62,403 bases of DNA, filler included, from Chiloscyllium plagiosum (GCF_004010195.1; 3 parts of one record of this genome joined end to end with filler, not necessarily neighbours in it); one strand, 5' to 3'. Shown: positions 48,545 through 61,186, counted from the first letter of the whole stretch. The notes: generated by a model not told the origin, from the sequence alone. A program made the numbers and translations.

Positions 48545-49340
48545 TCTAAGAGGAGAGCGACCGGCCTAGATGAAGTCCCCGGCCATGCACTCAGATCCCG
48601 TGTGGACCAGCGGGTGGGAGTACTCGCTGGCATCTTCAACCTCCCCTTACTACAATCCAAAGTCCTCACCTACTTCAAAAAGACCACCATCATCCTGGTT
48701 CCAAAGAAAAATCACGCAGCACGCCTCAATGACTATAGCCTGGTGGCTCTGACCTCTGTAATTATGAAGTGCGTTGAGCCCTCACAATTTGCCGACCGGC
48801 ACAATAGATCCACACCAGACGCCATCCCCCTGGCCCTCTACTTATGCCTGGAACATCAGGATTACAAGGATACTTATGTCAGGTTCCTACATATTGAGTT
48901 CAGCTCTGCCTTCAACATCATAATTAAAAACAAATTCATTTCTGAACTCCAAGACCTAGGTCTCAGCTTCCCTCCCTCTGAAACTGGATCCTTGAGTTCT
49001 TGACCCATCTATCGAAATCAGTAAGAAGAGGTGACCACACCTCCTCCATGATTATCCTCAAGACCAGTGCTACGCGAGGTTGCATTCTCAGCCCCCTATT
49101 ATACTCCTTATAAACACATGACAGTGTGGCCAAATTCCATACCAACTCCACTTACAAATATTTTAACCTCGCCACTGCTGGAGGGTGGATCTCAAACAAT
49201 GACAAGACAGAATACAGGAAATAGATTGAGTGCTTAGTAGTCTGGTGTTAAAACAACAATCTCTCCATCAATGTCAGCAAAACAGAGGAGCTGGTCATTG
49301 ACTTCAGGAAGCAGACAGCACGCCCCTGTCTGCACCAATC
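48545..49340 (+). mobile_element. Rex1/Babar-clade LINE RT fragment, degenerate
   Basis: LAGIFNLPL..FKKTTIILVPKK..LNDYSLVALTSVIMKC..YVRFLHIEFSSAFN; KTEELVIDFRK remnant near 49280. Confidence 0.85.
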
Positions 49341-49476
49341 AGGAAGGATGTACTGGCCCTGGAAGGTGTTCAGAGGAGGCTCATGAGACTGGTCCCAGGA
49401 ATGAAAAGCTTAACATATGAGGAACATTTGAGGACTCTGGGTTTATACTCGATGGAGTTTAGATGGGTGAGGGCGG

Positions 49477-49992
49477 ATAACAGACAATAGACAATAGACA
49501 ATAGGTGCAGGAGTAGGCCATTCAGCCCTTCGAGCCTGCACCGCCATTCAACATGATCATGGCTGATCATTCCTAATCAGTATCCTCTTCCTGCCTTATC
49601 TACATAACCCTTGATTCCACTATCTTTGAGAGCTCTATCCAACTCTTTCTTAAATGAATCCAGAGACTGGGCCTCCACTGCCCTCTGGGGCAGAGCATTC
49701 CACACAGCCAACACTCTCTGGGTGAAGAAGTTTCTCCTCATCTCTGTCCTAAATGGCCTACCCCGTATTTTTAAGCTGTGTCCTCTGGTTCGACACTCAC
49801 CCATCAGCGGAAACATGTTTCCTGCCTCCAGAGTGCCCAATCCTTTAATAATCTTATATGTCTCAATCAGATCCCCTCTCAGCCTTCTAAACTCAAGGGT
49901 ATACAAGCCAAGTTGTTCCAGTCTTTCAGCATAAGGTAGTCCCACCATTCCAGGAATTGACCTCGTGAACCTACACTGCACTCCCTCAATAG
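49477..49992 (-). mobile_element. Young CR1 3' end
   Basis: Open frame RFTRSIPGMVGLPYAERLEQLGLYTLEFRRLRGDLIETYKII..FFTQRVLAVWNALP; (CTATTGT)3 tail. Confidence 0.93.
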
Positions 49993-50092
49993 NNNNNNNN
50001 NNNNNNNNNNNNNNNNNNNNNNNNNNNNNNNNNNNNTTAATTAATTAANNNNNNNNNNNNNNNNNNNNNNNNNNNNNNNNNNNNNNNNNNNN
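49993..50092. other. Assembly gap with artificial six-frame-stop linker
   Basis: 44 N + TTAATTAATTAA (50037-50048) + 44 N. Confidence 0.97.
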
Positions 50093-51086
50093 ACAAAACC
50101 GTCTATCTGTGCCCCGAACTATCGAGTCCCCAATTAGTACTGCTCTGCTCTTCTTCACCCTTCCCTTCTGAGTAACGGGGATAGGCTCCGTGCCAGAGGC
50201 CTGAGCCCCATTACTTACCTCTGGTAAGTCGTCCCCCCCACAAGTATCCAAAACGGTTTACTTGTTCTTGAGGGGAACGACTGCAGGGGGTCCCTGCACT
50301 GGCTGCTTCCTCCCAGTCCCCCTCACTGTCACCCATCTGTCTGCAATCTTTGGAGTTATTACTTCCCTAAAGCTCCGATCTATGATCCCCCTCTGCCTCC
50401 CGAATGTTCCTAAGTTCATCCAACTCCAGCTCCAGTTCCCTAACACGGTCTTGGAGGAGCTGGAGATGGGTGCACTTCCTGCAAGTGTTTTCAGCAGGGA
50501 CGTCCATGGCATCCCTCACCTCAAACATGTTGCAAGAGGAACATTGCACTGCCTTCACTGCCATCCCTCTGAAAGTAACCTTTTATATATAAAAAAAAAA
50601 CTGGGTCTAAAGAATACAACAAGCAAAATGCAGCACTTACCTACTTACCATAACGGGTCTTATTATTCAGGTTAGAGGAGGAGGGTGGGTGGGAGACACT
50701 ACCTCTGTAGTGCCTCGGGTTCTTCTCCTGCGCGCTTTTAAAGGGAAAAAAAGCCTACCCAGCTGCCCCTCCGGTCTCCGTCACTTCCCCCTGCTGCTCC
50801 CGCTCTTTCTGTGAAGAGAAAAAAAACACACCGCTGCCCGCTACCGGTAAGTAATTTTAAAACAAACTGTCTTACCTTAGCTGCTGCTCGCACTCAAAGT
50901 GACCATTGGCATCGAAAGGTGAGTATTTATACTCACTGCTTTCCTTCCCGGCTGCCCCTCTGGTCTTCGTCACTTCCCCCTGCTGCTCCCGCTCTTTCTG
51001 TGAAGAGAAAAAAAAAACACCGCTGCCCGCTACCGGTAAGTAATTTTAAAACAAACTGTCTTACCTTAGCTGCTGCTCGCACTCAA
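50093..51086 (-). mobile_element. CR1 LINE 5' end (ORF1 N-terminus with lesions; 5' UTR with duplicated monomer)
   Basis: MAVKAVQCSSCNMFEV..CRKC..; AVLIGDSIVRGTDRRFC. Same subfamily as 1-816. Direct repeat at 50762-50897 and 50951-51086. Confidence 0.92.
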
Positions 51087-51099
51087 CGTTTATTTGAAA

Positions 51100-51230
51100 G
51101 TAGCAACCTGATGACGGAGCAGTGCTCTGAAAGCTTGTACGTATAAATAAACCTGTTGCACTATAACCTGGTGTTGTGTGATTTTTAACATTCTCCATCC
51201 CAATCCAACACTGACACCTCCACATCATTG
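51100..51230 (+). mobile_element. PLE family B 3' terminus with hammerhead motif
   Basis: CTGATGA (51108-51114)-C-GGAGC-AGT-GCTCT-GAA-AGCT-T, then AAACCTGTTG…TATAACCTGGTGTTGTGTGATTTTTAAC and tail. Confidence 0.75.
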
Positions 51231-52329
51231 ACAGTGGATTGTTGGGACAGTAATTAGCTTGATTGGATTTGTCCTGCTTTCTGTGTGCAAGACATAACTT
51301 GGCAATTCTCCATGTTGCTAGATGGATTCCACTGGGTTTAAAGCAAATTATTTTAATTCTGTTGGCTTAAAGTCTTTTCAAACTTTTGAATTGTGTGCAA
51401 TGGTAATATTGCAGCATTTTCTTTGCTTGCAAGTTTTTTGAACTCTATTATTGTGATGCTGTTGTATTTTCTTCTAACTTAACAAAAATCATGAATAAGA
51501 TGTGGGTATCGCTAGCTGGCCTAGCAATTATTTCCGATCCCTATTTGCCCTTGAGAAGGTGGTGAACCACTGCAGTCCATTTGCTGTACATATACCCACA
51601 ATGCTGTTAGGAGGGTAGTTCCAGGATTGTGACGCAATGACACTAATAAAATTTTAAGCTCAATGTGACAATGCATGCTGTCTTATATTTAAGCTTCAAA
51701 TTCTTTCTTGTAGCCATACTACATCTGTCTGTTGTTTACGGGTAATTTTCCTGAATTTTTTCTGATCAAAATGATGGTTCTTGAAGTTTACACTCCTTCA
51801 GTCAAGAGGGAAGATTTCCACTTCTCTGTGGGGATAAAATGATATTTTCTTGCCTTACACTGCACAAAACACAATGTATGTCTCCTTACATCATCTTTTA
51901 ATTGAACTTTTGTGTCTATGGAGTTAATCTATTTTCCTGCTGAAATCACAGTTTAAATCAGGGAATTCTTAGCTTACCATAATCTTTAAACACTTTTCAC
52001 TCTCCTCTATATAATGGTTTAATTTATTTTAACTGTTCTTTGTTTTCTTTAAATGTTCTTTTTGAATCTTCTGATAACTGAGTCTAGGCATAAATTACTG
52101 TTTTTTTCATTGCTCTTTCTACCATTCCATATGGGGCTTGCTTGTAATGGAGCAACTTTCATTTTGAAGGACAAGTGTTTCTTTACCCCTTCTATTCTTC
52201 CCAACCTGTTCCTTTGCACTTTTCAACTTCTCCTACCAGCTCTGATGTGAAGCCTTTCTTCTGCAGTATTATTTTTATTCTGTTTCTAATTATTACTTTC
52301 GGGAACTTGATTCTAATATAATCTCAAGA

Positions 52330-53065
52330 CGTAATATTTGGTTTTCAGTGCTGTGGAGTTCTGAACCTGTTTATTTTTGAAGGGACAATCAGAAACTCAT
52401 TTGGAACAGTAAGCTGAACACAGAAAAGCATGTGACTTAAGTTAAATGACTATCAAACTATCTTGCGATGTAATTGCTGGGATGTTTACTAAGTTAAACT
52501 GTTATCACTTATGCAAGAGATAAATGACCAGGGCTACATGTAGAAAGAAGCAGAAGAAAATAAAGGTCTTTGAAAGGAAGTCTTGAACTGTTTTAGCGGA
52601 TGTGAAGTAGCCAAAATTGAAGGGGTTGCTTGACTGTGGGTTTTTGGTTGAGTGTATAGTGGTGTTTGGAGATAGTAATGAAGGGAACTACATTTGAATG
52701 TGTCAAACATCCGCAAAAACCCAACCAAATACAGCCTCATGCATTGAGTAAGAAATTTTAAAGTGAGGATATGAATAATATTTCATTGCAATTGAATGTC
52801 TATCTGTAAAGGATATTGCTGGGAAGAGGATTTTGTTTTGCTTTTTATGATTAGACCTTTCTAAAGTTTCTTATATCTAGTTTTCTTTCTCTTGTGCAAT
52901 AAATATATGCTATTTTTATTCAAAGGATTTTAGCATCCTTGTCTGAATATCAGTTATTAACCATCATTGTAACCAAATTGTGAAAATAAATTTATGGCTT
53001 TGGAAACTTGCCCTGTATGGCAATCAACTGGGATCATAAAATCGGGGGCAGTTGGCAGGATAGAA
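52330..53065 (+). mobile_element. Possible decayed LTR followed by a PBS-like sequence
   Basis: AATAAA at ~52899; end CAACTGGGATCATAA; then ATCGGGGGCAGTTGGCAGGAT, a loose match to the tRNA-Pro PBS. A similar end (CAGCTGGGATAA) occurs at ~34517. Confidence 0.3.
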
Positions 53066-56064
53066 TTCTGTTGAATTTAGAGGGACATATGAATTTTGTA
53101 AAGAAATGAATAACACAGGAGGTGTTCTAAAGTTTATTACTTGGATTGGAATTTTAAAATGGCTTTGATTTATTGCCAGACTTCTGTGCAAGTAGAAAAT
53201 AAATTGTGGTTTATTTGAAATCTTCAATGAGGGCAATACTGAGAGTGTTTGTCCATAAGTTGGAGTTAGAAACAACAGCAGGATTTTATAAATTAAAATG
53301 CTTAAAGTGAATACCTAGGATTTAGCTTTGAGAAGATCGAGGCCTGAAAGTGATATACTGCGAGAATTCACTAGTTTGGTTAGAAAGGAAAAAGAAAACT
53401 TGTGTTAGAGAGAAAAAGAAATAAGAAGACGACTTGGAAGAAAAAGAAATAAGAACAGTGGGAAGAAAATACTCCTCACTGTCTTGCATGAGTGCAGCTC
53501 CAACAACATTCAAAGTGTGACACCATCCAGGACAAAGCAGCCCATTTGATTGGCACCACATCCACAAGCATTCATTCCCTTCTCCATTGACTCAGTATCA
53601 ACAATATGTGCTATCTGCAAGATGCACTGCCAATTCAATGAAAATTTTTAGCATCTTGCAAACCTATGACTGCTTCCATCCAGAAGTACAAGGACAGCAG
53701 ATACAGGAGAACACCGCCAACTGCAAACTCCCCTCTGTGACAACCCCTAAAAGGTTCATGGGGGATCACTAATTCATCTCCCTGTGGAACAGGAGTTCAA
53801 CTGGTAACAGGCCATGGCCTGTCTGGCTGGAACTCATCACCTGAGGGGAAATAAGTAAAGTAGGATGGTCATGCCTGGGAGTTATTGGAGAAGGAGCACT
53901 CTTGATGCCTGTAGGAAGAGGTGGGTGCTACAAGGGATAGTGTGCTTTATTTCCCCTGTGACTCCATTTTGATTTAGCCTCTTTCTTCTCTCTATAGCCA
54001 ACCCCCACCCCTCACATTTTTCTTTGATGTCAGCATTGCCCTTAACATGCTTTACTTGTAAATATTCAATTGGCCATATGAGTGTTTTCCTGCTGGTGGA
54101 GAAAACAAACAAAACAGCAATAAAATCTATTCACAATGTGCAAACTCTATACAGTCACCCAAGGCTGGAATCTAACCTGAGTCCCTGGTGCGGTAAGGCA
54201 ACACTGCTAACCACTGTGATGCCATTTCTTTGGATGGAAAGGTCAGCTGTCAGGAGGATGTAGAGATGCTTCAGTGAGATTTGGACAAGTTGAATGAATG
54301 GGCAAATACATGGCAGATGAAGTATAATGCAGATAAATTTGAGGGTATCCATTTTGACAAAAAACAAGACATCAAATCGTTGTCTGAATGATGGACTGGG
54401 TAAGGGGAGGTGCAGTAAAACCTGGATCATAAGTCTGAAACTGTGTGGAGACAAAATATTTATCATATTTTTTGGAGCTTCAGAAAAAAAATTGAGTATT
54501 TAACAGTAATAAATACAAATTTCAGAGCTTCAGCATTGCACATTTTAAATGGATTTACTTCCACAGTAATAATTTGAAGGAAAGAATAAAATTAAACATT
54601 TAACTTTATATCTATGTCACTTTTATTCTATGTATTAAAGCCAAGAATTACACCATTCCATCCAGAGGTTTGATATTTACATGCACTTTGATGCTTTGTC
54701 AGAATGATGTTGTGGTCAACTTATTTAAAACTGCGCTGAAACTTTGCTTTGCTATCAAACATTACGCAAAGCTTTCTTTCTATTCATGCAATATTTAATT
54801 TTCAAAATTTCTGTTGTTTAAGCTTGCTTCAAATTTAATTTAACTGTATTTTCATATGCATGAACTTTTAATCAGCATATTGAAATTTAGTATCTCAAAC
54901 TTTGATTCTTGTCAAAGTGTGTACCACATTATTTTTCCAAAAAGCTATCAAGTAAATTGTTTTGGATAACTGTTTTAATTCTACTGTCCAGTACCTGTCA
55001 TTTACTGCAGATTTCAACTTGAAGGTATTTATTAATTAATTTGTAGATTTCAAATAAATACATTTTCAACAGTTTTTCTCCTTAATCTAATTACTTAACA
55101 TTGCACTGTGCAATAGCAAATAAGATCTCACTCATGAGAATGGATTTTGAGTATAAAATCTTGTTAATTCTCAGTACTGCACTGAAAGGTTTCTGTTTTG
55201 TTTCATTTGGTTCAATTGTAAAGTATGATGATCATTAAGAACTTTAGAACAATGTTTCACAGACGAGCTTTATTTAATGCAATCCCTGTATGTTACATTG
55301 ATACATCTAGTTAAAAGAAAGACACATACGGTGCATCTATCTTCCCACAACCATTCAATTCACAGCATGAATTAAATTGGAGCGACCTTTGACCTAGCTC
55401 TGGCTATAGAACTCAGCTTTTTAACATTTTAAGTCAAAGGATAATGTATAAAGGCAAAAGACTGAAAGGAAACTTTATTTTCAAATAGAGCTGCATACTT
55501 TATACCAAGTTTCTTATTGCTATGGTGTCATTATCAGGTTGTCAAACCATGATAAATGAGATTTGAAAGACCTCTTTATTAACATGGAGCCTTAATTAAT
55601 CTGAGGTGCTGAAAGAATTTGCTTTCTGTAAAAGTTACAATTCATGACCAATTTTCATTTTTGAACAAAACTGAGCAGTCTGCTAATTACAACAGCATAT
55701 AGAAAGTATGGGATCTGACTTTGTATGAAAACTGCTTCTTCAAATATATTTTCTGTTTGAATATTAATTTTACACTGGACATTACATAAATTGGAATGGA
55801 GTGTGGAATATAATTTAGACGCATACTGTTTGTCGTCACTGTCGTAGGGTTGTATAAATTATTTTATGTTTAGCCATTAATTATACTTTTTGAAGATAAG
55901 TATACTATCATTTTTATTACAAACAAAACCTAAATCTTAACTCAATTCAAGTTAACTAATCCAACAAGAATTATGTTCAAAGCGTATATATTATAAAGCA
56001 AGTAACTATTCGACCTGTGACAATATATTTTACTTTGTAACTGGATTTTTTTTGTTAACTGTAG

Positions 56065-56160
56065 GGTTCTTCTACAGATGTGATGCTTGGAATTCCCAAT
56101 ATTGCCACAGTAACTATTCTGTCAAATGACAATGCTTTTGGAATTATATCTTTCAATATG
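56065..56160 (+). CDS. adgrv1: Adhesion GPCR V1 (GPR98/VLGR1) internal coding exon, Calx-beta region (equivalent to human exon 4)
   Basis: T-rich tract..GTAG acceptor and GTAAGC donor; 96 bp, phase 0. GSSTDVMLGIPNIATVTILSNDNAFGIISFNM matches the recalled human KPSANVKLGWPRTVTVTILSNDNAFGIISFNM. Confidence 0.95.
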
Positions 56161-57254
56161 GTAAGCACCTTTTTTCCATGAGTTTGATTTTCAATGGAAG
56201 TGTAATGTTTATATCACAGCAAATTAGGAACCGTACAGGGAAAGGGTGGAAATGTAGATGTGAAGAATTTCAGATCTGCTGTGATCCTCTTGAATAGCAG
56301 AGCATGCTTGAGGGGCCGAAGGGCCTGCTCCTGTTCCTACTTCTATAATGGAAAATTATAGAGAAAATTGACCCAAATTCCCAAAATATATTTGCAGCAG
56401 CGGGGCCTGCCTTCTTGCAACATGATCTTATTAGATCAGTCTTATTGCTTTCAAACTGTATTACAGCACATATTCCAGCCCAATTGGAACAGTTAAAATT
56501 CTGAAGGCAGTGGAACGAAGCCTGAAGTTGAAAATCATCAGCGCCTTGCTGATGTGTGAACAATCGTAGATGGAAGATCAAGGACAGCAAAGTAAAATTC
56601 GGGTTCCAAAAAAAAGACAAAAGCATGTGAATGAGTGTTAAATAATTTATTTTAGTGCCACAGCATTTTTCTAGGCTGTGTACTTTTATTGTCCTTTTAG
56701 AAACTTGTGATACAATATCATAGAAGTTACATATATGATCTACAGAGTTTGTTGCAGCATCAAAGATACTCTAAAATGTAAACTTTTTTTTCAGGTGAAT
56801 TGTACTAAAATTCAGAATAAATGCTTTGTTGTCACGCCAACGTTTTCAATAAACATTAATGAATGGTGTTACGATTAGCGCCTGGGTGAGCTCTCACAAT
56901 TTGTTCTAGTTCCAGACTGGAAATGCCAAGCTGTTAAGCTCCCGGGTGAGGAGAGATGAATTGGTTCCCCTTCTTCATTTACCCACCTCACTGGTTGGTT
57001 ACAACAAATTTAATTTGAAAGCTAATCCTTTCCGTAGTGGATACCTTTCTCCCAGACACAATAAATTTGTTTTAGAAAGAACCAGTATAGCCATGCTTTT
57101 TAAATTAGCAGAAAGACTGAGCTTATTGATTACTGCATGAAAGCAATGTGGATACACCACAGACCAGAAAAAAGAGGTGGATTGGAAAACAAAGACATTT
57201 TTAAAACTGAAAATATACAAATAAATCTCTGAATGATGTAAGATGAGTGGATTT

Positions 57255-59100
57255 TTTTATTCACTCATGCGATTTGGATGTCGTTTTTCTGGGCCAGCAA
57301 TTATTGCCCATTCCTAATTGCTCTTGAGAAGATGGCGAAGAGCTTGCTTCAGTCCATTTTGTGTAGATAATCCACAATGCCCTTACAGAGTGAATTCCAG
57401 GATTTTCACCCAGTGCCCCTTAAGAAATGGCAATATATTTCCAAGTCAGAATGGTGAGCAGCTTGGAGGTGAACTTGCGGGTGATGTTGTTTCCATGATT
57501 CTGCTGCCCTTATCCTTCTATAAAACTATGAAAACTGGAACAGGAATAGGCATTGGCACCTTGAGCCTGCTCTGCCATTTAATAGGATCAAGACTGATCC
57601 AACATTCATTATGTTTACCTTCCTGCCCTTTTCTATAACCCTGATTCCCCTACTGGTCAATAATCTGTCTCAGCCTTAAACACACACAAGGGCTCTCATA
57701 GCTCTTCATAGCAAAAATTTCTAGTGACATTCAACCCTCTGAGTGAAGAAATTAATCCTTAATTCAGTCTTAAACTGGTACTTAATAATTCTGAGACTAC
57801 ATATGTAGTTCTAGACTCCCCCATGAGGGAAAACATCCTGCAAGCATTTACCCTGTGAAGCCTCTTTATATTCCAACATGTTTTAATGAGATCACCTCTC
57901 ATTCTTCTAAATTGCTGTGAGTAGAATCGCTTTTTGCTTGGAAGACAGTCCTTCCATACTGGGGATTATCCTAGTGAATCTTCTCTGAACTGCTTCCAAT
58001 GAAATGAATTCTTTTCTTAAATAAGAGGACCAAAACTTCTCTTAGTACTCGAGATGTGGTCTCACCAGGATGTCGTACAGCTCAGTAAGATTTCCCAACT
58101 CTTATACTCCAACCCTTTGAAATAATGCCAACATTCCATTAGCCTTCCTGTGCACAACAATCCCCAAGTCCCTTTGTGTTGCAGCTTTCTGCAGTTTTTC
58201 TCCATTTGAATAATACTTTGCTCTTTTGTTCTCTCATCCAACATGAACAATTTCAAATTTTCTCACATTGTACTCCATTTGCCACATTTTTGCCCACTTA
58301 ATTAACTTAACAATATCTCTTTATAAACCATTTGTAATCCCTATTACAATCTGCCTTTCTATCCATTTTTGTGTCATCTATAAATTTGGCTGCAGTACTT
58401 TCACTCGCTTCTTCCATATCGTAACTATGTGCTGTGAACAGTTGTGGTCCCAGCACTGATACCTGTGGAACCTCACTGGTTACAGGTCATCAACCTAATA
58501 AAGAACCCCTTATCTTCACTTGCTGTTTCTGTCGATGAGACAGTTTTCTCGATTGTCGTCTAATGGGTTTGGAAGGTGTTGTAAAGAGCCTTGGTGAATT
58601 TCTGCAGTGTATTTTGTAGCTAGTGTACACTGCTGTTACTGAGTGTCAGTGGTGGAGGGAATGGATGCTTATGGAAGTGGTGCCAATCAAGCAGGCTGGT
58701 TTGGCTTGTTTGGTGTCAATCCTCTTGAATGTTGTTGAAGGTGACTTGTTCCCAGGCAAGTGGAGAGTATTCCAGTGCCTACTCCTGACTTGTGCCTTGC
58801 AGATGGTAGGACAGGCTTTGGGGAGTTAGGGAGTATGTTATTGGTTGAAAGATTTTTAGTCTTTACTATGCTGTTTAACTACAGTACTGAAAAGACTAGT
58901 CCTGTTCAGTTTCTGATCAGTGGTACACTCAGTTGTGGATGCAGTGACAGTGATTTCACTGAATATCGAGAACTGATTGTTAGGTTTCCTCTTGTTGGAG
59001 AGGATCATTGCCTGGCACATATCAGCCCAAACCTAGATGTTGGGACATGGACTGATGTGATATCTGAGAAGTTGTGAATAATGCTGAACATTGTGCAGGT
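57255..59100 (-). mobile_element. Old LINE 3' fragment split by a nested CR1 3' fragment (~57520-58545)
   Basis: Outer element continues from 57520 to 58550. Inner element shows AKF(I)DDTK and DLIKTC remnants and a CR1 tail. Confidence 0.65.
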
Positions 59101-59379
59101 CTTATTTCACTGCGCAGAGGTAGAAACTTAATTTGTTTCTTAATATGTTTAATGCCTTGAGATTATGTCAGATTAAAGGATATAGCACAGGGAAGTTCTA
59201 AGAAAGTTTAGGTTGCACCAGGCTGGGAGTTCAGTTGTTGTTAAAATTTTATTGTGGAAAACAACTACTGAGCTCAGTGTTCATTTTATAATTCTGAAAG
59301 ACAGAGAACAAGTGCCTGATGATGTGTGTGTACCTGGAATTGGAGGAAGATAGCAATGAAGAGGGGGAAGCTGTCACCA

Positions 59380-59690
59380 CAGACCATGAAACCATAAGAG
59401 ATAGGAATAGGAACAAGAGTAGACCATTTGGCCCCTTGAGCATGCTGTGCTAATCAATAGGGTCATAGCTGATCTGACAACTTCTCATCTTCATTTCCTG
59501 CCCTTTCTCTAACCCTAGATTCCACAATTGAACACGAATCTATCTCCATCAGCCTTAAATATACACAAGGATTCTGCCTCCACAGCTCTCTGTGGCAAAG
59601 AGTTCCAATAACTCACAACTCTCTGAGAGAAAAAGATCCTCCTCACCTCAGTCTTAAAATGCTGCCTCATTATTCTGAAACTGTGCCCTT
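59380..59690 (-). mobile_element. CR1 3' tail fragment
   Basis: ACCATAAGAGATAGGA…GTAGACCATTTGGCCCCTTGAG…FFSQRVVSYWNSLP on the - strand. Confidence 0.75.
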
Positions 59691-60195
59691 ATTAATCCTT
59701 ATTTTAACAGTGGTCATTACTTGGGCAAATGAACATGAAGGAAATGGATGTGTTACACAGTGAGAATTTGTTTTAGGAATGCAGACAGAATCTTCTAGCT
59801 CTAATCATTGTTAAATATAATCATTCTGGTAATCTTCTTGGAAAGAAGTTGAAAGATATTTCACTTCCACTGTACTGCTACATTTTAACTTAATGAGAAC
59901 TTTATTTAAAATAAGTCTTAACAGACATCACAGATTGTTGTCACTAGCCCATCCATGTTAAATCTTGCCTCTTCGGGGGATAAGTGGTATTACAAAAATT
60001 AAAGCTTGAGAGGTTCTTTGCCAAACTCGTTACCCGTGGAATATAATATTCTTCTGAAAACACTTCACAAATTAGATTTATTTGCCTGAGGGTTTGGTGT
60101 TGTCAGGATTATGGTTCTGTCCATGCTGTTCTGGCTGGAGGTTACATTGCAGAAATAACGTCTACTCTGTTTTCTATTTGCTGTCTCTATCTCAG

Positions 60196-60300
60196 TCTTC
60201 CATAATCGTAGTGAATGAGGCAAGGGGTAGAAATCAAATTGTGCCGCTTAGTCTACTCAGAAAGAAAGGAACCTATGGGACTGTAACTGTGTACTTTGAG
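60196..60300 (+). CDS. adgrv1: Adhesion GPCR V1 internal coding exon (equivalent to human exon 5)
   Basis: Pyrimidine tract..CTCAG acceptor and GAG|GTAAGT donor; 105 bp, phase 0. SSIIVVNEARGRNQIVPLSLLRKKGTYGTVTVYFE matches the recalled human LPSIAVSEPKGRNESMPLTLIREKGTYGMVMVTFE and joins in frame to the previous exon. Confidence 0.95.
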
Positions 60301-60839
60301 GTAAGTGATATCAATTTTTTTTATCTCACCTTGGCGTAATAACAGAAGCTAGTTTGGATTACTGCCACTAGTTAATTAATGTAGCACAGGTCATTTGTTA
60401 ACAGAGTGATATGGCTTAAGTAACCATTAGTATCATGATTTCAGTTTCTGGACCCGATGGATACAATTTGTAATGGTATTAATTCCAATGAAATTCTCCT
60501 TTGAATTTTTGAATATTCTGGTAGAATAACACCCAATTTCTTTTCCATTGTGTCATTATTTGTGATGTTTTTTTTTCTTCTTAGCATTATAACAGTGCAA
60601 AATCTCCTGTTAGATAAAAGCTTACATTAATATTGTGCTGTTAACATTTTCAAATGTATACTAATGAGATCGTGGCTGGTCTGATATTCCTCTACTCCAC
60701 TTTCCTGCCTTTTCCACATACCCTTTACTGATTAAAAACCTGCATTTGACTGATCCTCTACAGCCCTCTGTAGGAAAGACATTCACAGATTTACTAACCT
60801 CTGAGAAAATAAATGTTTCTATATCTCTCTTTTAAAGTG

Positions 60840-61186
60840 AGGCAACTGTGTAGTGGTATTATCACCGTTAATTCAGAGACCCAGGCAATGTTCTGGGGAC
60901 ATGGGTTCAAATCCTGCTGCAGTAGGTGTTGAAATTTGAATTCAGTAAAGATCTAGAATTAAGGGTCTAATGATGACTATGAGTCCATTGTTGATTGTTG
61001 GAAAAACCCATCTGATTCACTGATGTCCTTTAGAGAAGGAAACTGCCATCTTAGCTGGACTGGCCTATATGTGACTCCAGATCCACAACAATGTGGTTGG
61101 CTCTTAACTGTCCGATTGGCAGTTAGCGGTTGGCAGGAAATGCTGACCTAGTCAGCTACACTTTCATCCCGTGTATGAATAAAAAG
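60840..61186 (+). mobile_element. DeuSINE (SacSINE1-like) nested in a CR1 tail fragment (~60660-61220)
   Basis: TAGTGGTATTATCAC head, GGTTCAAATCC B box, Deu-like centre, tail ..ATGAATAAAAA. Confidence 0.78.

Noticed and set aside
49477..51086. Single full-length CR1 spanning the gap
   Set aside because: Plausible, but no TSD was found and the left-flank element does not resume on the right, so the two halves are reported separately.
60082..60339. 85-aa ORF as a standalone gene
   Set aside because: Only 60196-60300 is bounded by splice sites and matches ADGRV1. The flanks are intronic read-through.
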